This document shows positions 25,447 through 29,593 of a stretch of DNA of 29,593 nt, piece after piece. The notes beneath the pieces were generated by a model, which ran no database searches, had not been told where the DNA came from, and worked only from the letters and a program-made list of their open reading frames with translations. The translations under genes and the position numbers were made by a program. This stretch comes from a virus. Lineage: Duplodnaviria > Caudoviricetes. The stretch's first letter is position 1. Every line of letters begins with the position of its first letter. The DNA lies in the IMG/VR virus record IMGVR_UViG_3300020044_007353, positions 1 to 29,593 of that record; one strand, written 5' to 3'.

Positions 25447-25674
25447 ATGAAAGCAATATCAAAGAAAATAGAAAACATAGAATTAGTTAAAGTACAAAAT
25501 ACTTATGGAGCTGGTAGTAAACCAGGATATTTCTATAATTTCTTTCTTGAAGGTATTGATGAACCATTACTTGTGAGCAATGTTGATAAGCCAGTTTCTC
25601 ATGAGTATATTGGTAAAGAAATTAAATATAAACTCAACGGAGACAACGAAGTAATAGACTTCGATATACAATAG
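25447..25674 (+). CDS. Hypothetical protein (small, beta-rich)
   Basis: 75-aa ORF directly after the promoter motif. Confidence 0.7.
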   Translation: MKAISKKIENIELVKVQNTYGAGSKPGYFYNFFLEGIDEPLLVSNVDKPVSHEYIGKEIKYKLNGDNEVIDFDIQ

Positions 25675-25676
25675 CC

Positions 25677-25749
25677 AGAGTGGGGGAGGTTTTGCTTATG
25701 CTCTCATAATCTTATCATTTTATTTTTTTTCCTCCCCCTACTCTTTTTT
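25677..25749 (+). terminator. Terminator-like hairpin with a 41-nt loop
   Basis: AGAGTGGGGGAGG (25677-25689) pairs with CCTCCCCC(T)ACTCT (25731-25744), followed by a T run. Confidence 0.65.
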
Positions 25750-25752
25750 AAT

Positions 25753-26121
25753 ATGAATTTTCCAAGAACAGAAATAACACCATTGTTTGAAGGAATTGTT
25801 AGAGATAATCCAACATACAAATTTCCAGTAAATTTAATTGAGAATGAACTTATGAGTATGTTTCTATCTCAAGATGAATTTGAATATTTCATGATGGAGG
25901 CTTACAAGAAACTCAAGAAAGATGCAAGCTATGTTATTGCGAATATCTTTCTAACTGCATTAGAGACGATTTTAGACACAGCAAAGACCGATGTACACAA
26001 TCTATCCAAAGAAGAATATCAATCGAAATTAGATAGGTTTATTTCAATCGTAGAGGATATGCACATCACCATCATTGACAAGAATACTCCTGATGGAGAA
26101 GTTATTAGCGCTTTAGAATAA
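25753..26121 (+). CDS. Hypothetical protein
   Basis: 122-aa acidic, helical-looking ORF. Confidence 0.7.
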   Translation: MNFPRTEITPLFEGIVRDNPTYKFPVNLIENELMSMFLSQDEFEYFMMEAYKKLKKDASYVIANIFLTALETILDTAKTDVHNLSKEEYQSKLDRFISIVEDMHITIIDKNTPDGEVISALE

Positions 26122-26141
26122 TTTTTTTTATTTTTTTTATG

Positions 26142-26177
26142 TTGACCTTGACTTAGTATTCTTTTTATACTATTTAT
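26142..26177 (+). promoter_or_regulatory. Putative promoter TTGACT-N17-TATTTAT (overlapping TTGACC-N18-TATACT)
   Basis: Near-canonical -35 hexamers at 26142 and 26148, preceded by T tracts. Confidence 0.6.
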
Positions 26178-26194
26178 TATAAAAAGAAAACAAA

Positions 26195-26428
26195 ATGAAA
26201 AAGACAATTACAAAGCAAGAACAGGAAAGAATTAACGAATTGCTAAACGCAAGAAGAGTTAGAGAAATTAACAAATTAATTCCAGTAAAAAGATTAACCA
26301 AAGATGAAGACATCTGTAGAATGCTTCAATACGAACATGATAATACAATTGGTTCACAAACTGGCAGATATGAAATGACATATATTGAAAGAGAGCAATT
26401 CGATAATTCATATAATAACTTTAAATAA
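26195..26428 (+). CDS. Hypothetical protein
   Basis: 77-aa ORF with an A-rich start context. Confidence 0.65.
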   Translation: MKKTITKQEQERINELLNARRVREINKLIPVKRLTKDEDICRMLQYEHDNTIGSQTGRYEMTYIEREQFDNSYNNFK

Positions 26429-26436
26429 AAAATAAA

Positions 26437-26655
26437 ATGGCACAACAAGACACACAGAGAATTATAGTTTCTCAATCGATGCTAAAATTCGTAATGGATT
26501 ATAGCAAACAAATTAATAAGCCACTCAAGTTAAAGGAGATGGTTAGAATATCTGCCGTACTAGTGGATTACTGTATCAACGGAAATACAAAAGATATAAA
26601 CGACACACTTGGTAAGATTGATGATTACCTCCAAACTTTATTTGAAAATGAATAA
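26437..26655 (+). CDS. Hypothetical protein
   Basis: 72-aa ORF with an A-rich start context. Contains I..QS.LK. Confidence 0.7.
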   Translation: MAQQDTQRIIVSQSMLKFVMDYSKQINKPLKLKEMVRISAVLVDYCINGNTKDINDTLGKIDDYLQTLFENE

Positions 26656-27148
26656 TGAAATTACATGGAAAGAAATACCATCTTTCCCCAACTATGAAGC
26701 CAGCAATACTGGTCTTATCAGAAGAGCAAAGAATGAAAAGATATTGAAATCAAGAAATTTGGAAGATTTCGACCATAGAAGATATCAAGTTATTTCAATC
26801 TATCACAATAAGAAAAGATATACCAAGAAGGTTGCAAGACTGGTTTGGGAAGCATTCAATCAATGTGAATGCAAAGAAACAATAGACCACATAGATAGAG
26901 CTGTAATGAATAACAACATTTCAAATCTAAGATGTGTATCCAAAAAGATGAATTCTGGATTCCGTAATAATTATATTAAGAAGGACAACAAATATAATCT
27001 TACCAAAGAAAAGAAGGTTGAGATTATTACCAACTTCAGAAATGGTACATGGACATCTTGGGATGTAATGAAAAAGTTTGGAATCCCAACAAACTATTTT
27101 CACATGATAATAAAACGAGGAACATGGGATAGATTAATAGATGGATAA
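26648..27148 (+). CDS. NUMOD4-HNH endonuclease with C-terminal HTH-like region
   Basis: WK.IP.F.NYE.SN.G.IR (NUMOD4) and RLV..AF...IDHID....NN...NLR (HNH). ATG 26648 is preferred over TTG 26609. Confidence 0.85.
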   Translation: MNNEITWKEIPSFPNYEASNTGLIRRAKNEKILKSRNLEDFDHRRYQVISIYHNKKRYTKKVARLVWEAFNQCECKETIDHIDRAVMNNNISNLRCVSKKMNSGFRNNYIKKDNKYNLTKEKKVEIITNFRNGTWTSWDVMKKFGIPTNYFHMIIKRGTWDRLIDG

Positions 27149-27635
27149 CAAGGAATACAATAACTTGAAAGCTCTAACAAAATCTATTTGCAAATGCACA
27201 GATGTGGATGACCTATTGCATGAGATATTAATTCAATTAGGAAATAACCTAAAGTATCAATCATTACCAGCAAAAGATAAACGATGGTATTTTGTTAGAA
27301 CAGTTCAAAACCAATATTATTCAAATAACTCAAAGTATTACAAACAATACAAGAAATATAAATTCGACCAGTTATCACCAGCAATAGAGTTAGTTGAAGA
27401 AGAATATAAAGAGAAACCCACGATGGATTGGATTAAGGAAACATTGGAAACAGAATTAATACTCAATCCATCTTTTTGGTATAATAAGGGTATATTCGAA
27501 TTATGGATGGAACATCAAGGATTTATCGATAGAGTACACAAACAAACAAAGATACCAAAATACTCAATCATAGAAACAATCAATGAAGTTAAAAAACTAA
27601 TAAAACAAAAATGGATAGATTATGGCAAGAATTAA
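27141..27635 (+). CDS. ECF/sigma-70-like transcription factor
   Basis: DDLLHE..IQL...YF.R...NQY (region-2-like), and a C-terminal IF.L......V.K.TKI....I..TI...K (region-4 HTH-like). Confidence 0.55.
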   Translation: MDNKEYNNLKALTKSICKCTDVDDLLHEILIQLGNNLKYQSLPAKDKRWYFVRTVQNQYYSNNSKYYKQYKKYKFDQLSPAIELVEEEYKEKPTMDWIKETLETELILNPSFWYNKGIFELWMEHQGFIDRVHKQTKIPKYSIIETINEVKKLIKQKWIDYGKN

Positions 27636-27786
27636 ATTAAGTTGGGAGAAAGTAGAAAAAATAAGAATACTATGTGAGTTCACAGCACTGACAGATTCAC
27701 AAATAGCACAGATATTCGATGTATCAAGAAAACATATAAACGCAATAAGACATAAAAAAAGATGGAACTATGAGTGGAAAGATTAA
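27622..27786 (+). CDS. Small HTH DNA-binding protein (not in the ORF track)
   Basis: 54 aa: MARIKLSWEKVEKIRILCEFTALTDSQIAQIFDVSRKHINAIRHKKRWNYEWKD. QIA..F.VS...I..IR...W is a typical HTH, and the ORF fills the gap between its neighbours. Confidence 0.75.
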   Translation: MARIKLSWEKVEKIRILCEFTALTDSQIAQIFDVSRKHINAIRHKKRWNYEWKD

Positions 27787-28033
27787 AACAGGATGTGAGA
27801 AATGTAAGACACCAAAAGAGGTGGAACTTAAACTACCAAATTATACCAAAGAAGAAATGGATGCAGCAATGCTACTGGTAGACAAAATGACATTAACAAG
27901 ACAACAACAAGAATGGCTTATCAACCTCAACAACAGAGTGAACAATGATAACAAAAGATTGGGGTGTGGAAAATGTTTTGTTCAAGTGTGTAGAAATATA
28001 AAAAATGCGTATACAAGATTATATGGAGAATAA
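27770..28033 (+). CDS. Small Cys-motif (putative Zn-binding) protein
   Basis: GCEKC near the N-terminus and GCGKC near the C-terminus. Confidence 0.65.
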   Translation: MSGKIKTGCEKCKTPKEVELKLPNYTKEEMDAAMLLVDKMTLTRQQQEWLINLNNRVNNDNKRLGCGKCFVQVCRNIKNAYTRLYGE

Positions 28034-28034
28034 T

Positions 28035-28952
28035 ATGAAAATTGACCTACGATTAGGAGATTGTTTTGAACTTATCAAAGACATACCTGACAATTCAATA
28101 GACCTTATCGTTACATCCCCACCCTATGCTGATATTGTAAATTATGGTAAGAACATTTCAATCCAAAAGCCACAAGATTATTGTGATTGGTTATTACCCA
28201 TTTTTAACGAGATACAGAGGGTCTTAAAACCAAGTGGTAGTTTCATACTAAACATAAACGATACTTGTAAGGGTGGGTATAGAAACCCCTTTATTTACGA
28301 ACTTATCTATCGTAGTCAAAAGGAAACCAAGTTAAAGTTTTACGACACTTACATCTGGCACAAAAGAAACGGAATACCTAATGGTAGTCCAAAGAGGTTT
28401 AGAAATACCACAGAGTTTATATTTCATTTTGTTAAAGACCAAAAGAATCTAAAGTTTAATATGGATAGAGTATTACAAGAACCCAACATAGAAACAAAAG
28501 GTAGGTATAATAGAAATGGTTTAACAACACCCCAAGGCATAATAGAAAACGGAAAAAGGGACAGAATACCAAGAAAAGTAAAAATCCGTAAGACAAATAA
28601 ACAAGTAGATAGTGAAGGTTTGAGTTGTGATGAGTTTGTGGATAGGATTTTTCCTGATAAAGTAAGACCAGATAATGTTGTAAGGTTTTCAACAGCAGGA
28701 GCAGCCAGAGACAATACAATCAAACACCCCGCACCATTCTACAAAGACCTACCAAAGTATTATATCAATTTACTAACAGATGAAGGGGATACAATTCTTG
28801 ACCCATTCGGTGGTATTATGACAACAGGTTTAGCTTGTAATGAAATCGGTAATAGAAACTTTATTGGTTTTGAGTTAAATGAGAAATACGCAGAGTTCGG
28901 TAAGAAAAGAATGAACATAAAAATCAACTATAGACATTTTGTCATTTCGTGA
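28035..28952 (+). CDS. Orphan DNA amino-methyltransferase, beta class (probably m4C)
   Basis: DL.VTSPPY (motif IV) precedes HPA and LDPFGG..TT (motif I). ATG 28035 is preferred. Confidence 0.92.
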   Translation: MKIDLRLGDCFELIKDIPDNSIDLIVTSPPYADIVNYGKNISIQKPQDYCDWLLPIFNEIQRVLKPSGSFILNINDTCKGGYRNPFIYELIYRSQKETKLKFYDTYIWHKRNGIPNGSPKRFRNTTEFIFHFVKDQKNLKFNMDRVLQEPNIETKGRYNRNGLTTPQGIIENGKRDRIPRKVKIRKTNKQVDSEGLSCDEFVDRIFPDKVRPDNVVRFSTAGAARDNTIKHPAPFYKDLPKYYINLLTDEGDTILDPFGGIMTTGLACNEIGNRNFIGFELNEKYAEFGKKRMNIKINYRHFVIS

Positions 28953-28959
28953 TATTTAT
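28931..28959 (+). promoter_or_regulatory. Putative promoter TAGACA-N16-TATTTAT
   Basis: Copy of the motif upstream of the terS-like gene, overlapping the end of the methyltransferase gene. Confidence 0.5.
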
Positions 28960-28981
28960 TACTACAGACAATTATCACACT

Positions 28982-29371
28982 ATGCCAGTAGGAAACCCAA
29001 ACATACAGAATCAAGGTAAGAAGTTTACAAAGAACGACACAAGAATTAATAAGAAAGGTAGACCAAGAAAATGGATTACCGAAATTAAAGACCAAGGATA
29101 TGCTCTATCTGAAATAACTGATGCAATCCAAGTATTAATATCTTTGGATGTGGAACAATTACAAGAGATAAGAAACAACCCCAAATCAACAGTCCTTGAA
29201 ATAACAATATCTGCAGCAATCATTAAATCAATTCAAAGAGGAGATTTAGACTCAATAGAGACATTAATAACAAGGGTCTTTGGTAAACCTAAAGAAAAGA
29301 TTGAACAAGATATAAACATTACAAATCATGTAATAAAATTAAAATTCGGCAATGGCGAAGGGGAAGAGTAA
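28982..29371 (+). CDS. Putative terminase small subunit (DUF5681-like N-terminus)
   Basis: GNP.....KF...D.RIN..GRP, helical body, L..RV.GKP.E.I. ATG 28982 is preferred. Confidence 0.65.
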   Translation: MPVGNPNIQNQGKKFTKNDTRINKKGRPRKWITEIKDQGYALSEITDAIQVLISLDVEQLQEIRNNPKSTVLEITISAAIIKSIQRGDLDSIETLITRVFGKPKEKIEQDINITNHVIKLKFGNGEGEE

Positions 29372-29480
29372 CGATAGTAGAAAGCTCACATTTGGTAAAA
29401 GAAAGAAAGGAGCAGCTTGCAAATCATTCAATAAGCATAATAGCAAAAGTTCATATCACAAAAGAAATGCTACCAGGTAA
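29352..29480 (+). CDS. Small basic protein (not in the ORF track)
   Basis: 42 aa: MAKGKSNDSRKLTFGKRKKGAACKSFNKHNSKSSYHKRNATR. Overlaps both neighbours. Confidence 0.55.
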   Translation: MAKGKSNDSRKLTFGKRKKGAACKSFNKHNSKSSYHKRNATR

Positions 29481-29593
29481 GAAAGCAAAAACATTACAAT
29501 TCAAATTAGAGGAATATCCTGACATTCAATTTAAAGGTGGAACAATGGATAGAGAATCACTTAAAGGATGTTATCTCGAACTTAAAGGTTGTT
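29467..29593 (+). CDS. 5' part of a hypothetical protein (truncated by the window edge)
   Basis: MLPGKKAKTLQFKLEEYPDIQFKGGTMDRESLKGCYLELKGC..., open to the window end. Confidence 0.55.
   Translation, partial: MLPGKKAKTLQFKLEEYPDIQFKGGTMDRESLKGCYLELKGC

Noticed and set aside
53-29223. All minus-strand ORFs in the track (e.g. 950-1261, 15842-16342, 14163-14456, 28424-28723)
   Set aside because: They lie antisense to well-supported + strand genes, show no motifs, and have shadow-frame composition.

Overview
This AT-rich window looks like most of a small tailed-phage (siphovirus-like) genome, with every credible gene on the + strand. A Bacteroidota-type host is inferred from the lack of Shine-Dalgarno sites, A-rich translation starts and protein styles. 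The order is terminase large subunit, frameshifting tail chaperone, neck and tail-tip genes, Pro/Thr-repeat appendage proteins, tape measure, a head-maturation locus, scaffold, major capsid, tail tube, more appendage proteins, portal and connector. A short non-structural block follows (HNH, sigma-like protein, HTH, DNA methyltransferase), then a small-terminase-like gene, so the window probably nearly closes on itself. No polymerase, helicase, primase, recombinase, integrase or endolysin is recognisable. Main observations: (1) the permuted prohead protease is split over two genes by a ferritin-like gene and embedded in modular polyproteins, one of which starts with a copy of the capsid protein's own N-terminal peptide and carries a HAD phosphatase domain; (2) a promoter-like motif sits 11-13 nt upstream of five start codons, suggesting leaderless mRNAs; (3) a roughly 500-nt structured non-coding region begins with a pseudoknot or attenuator exactly at the start predicted by that motif. 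All product calls are from motif recognition by eye, not database searches.
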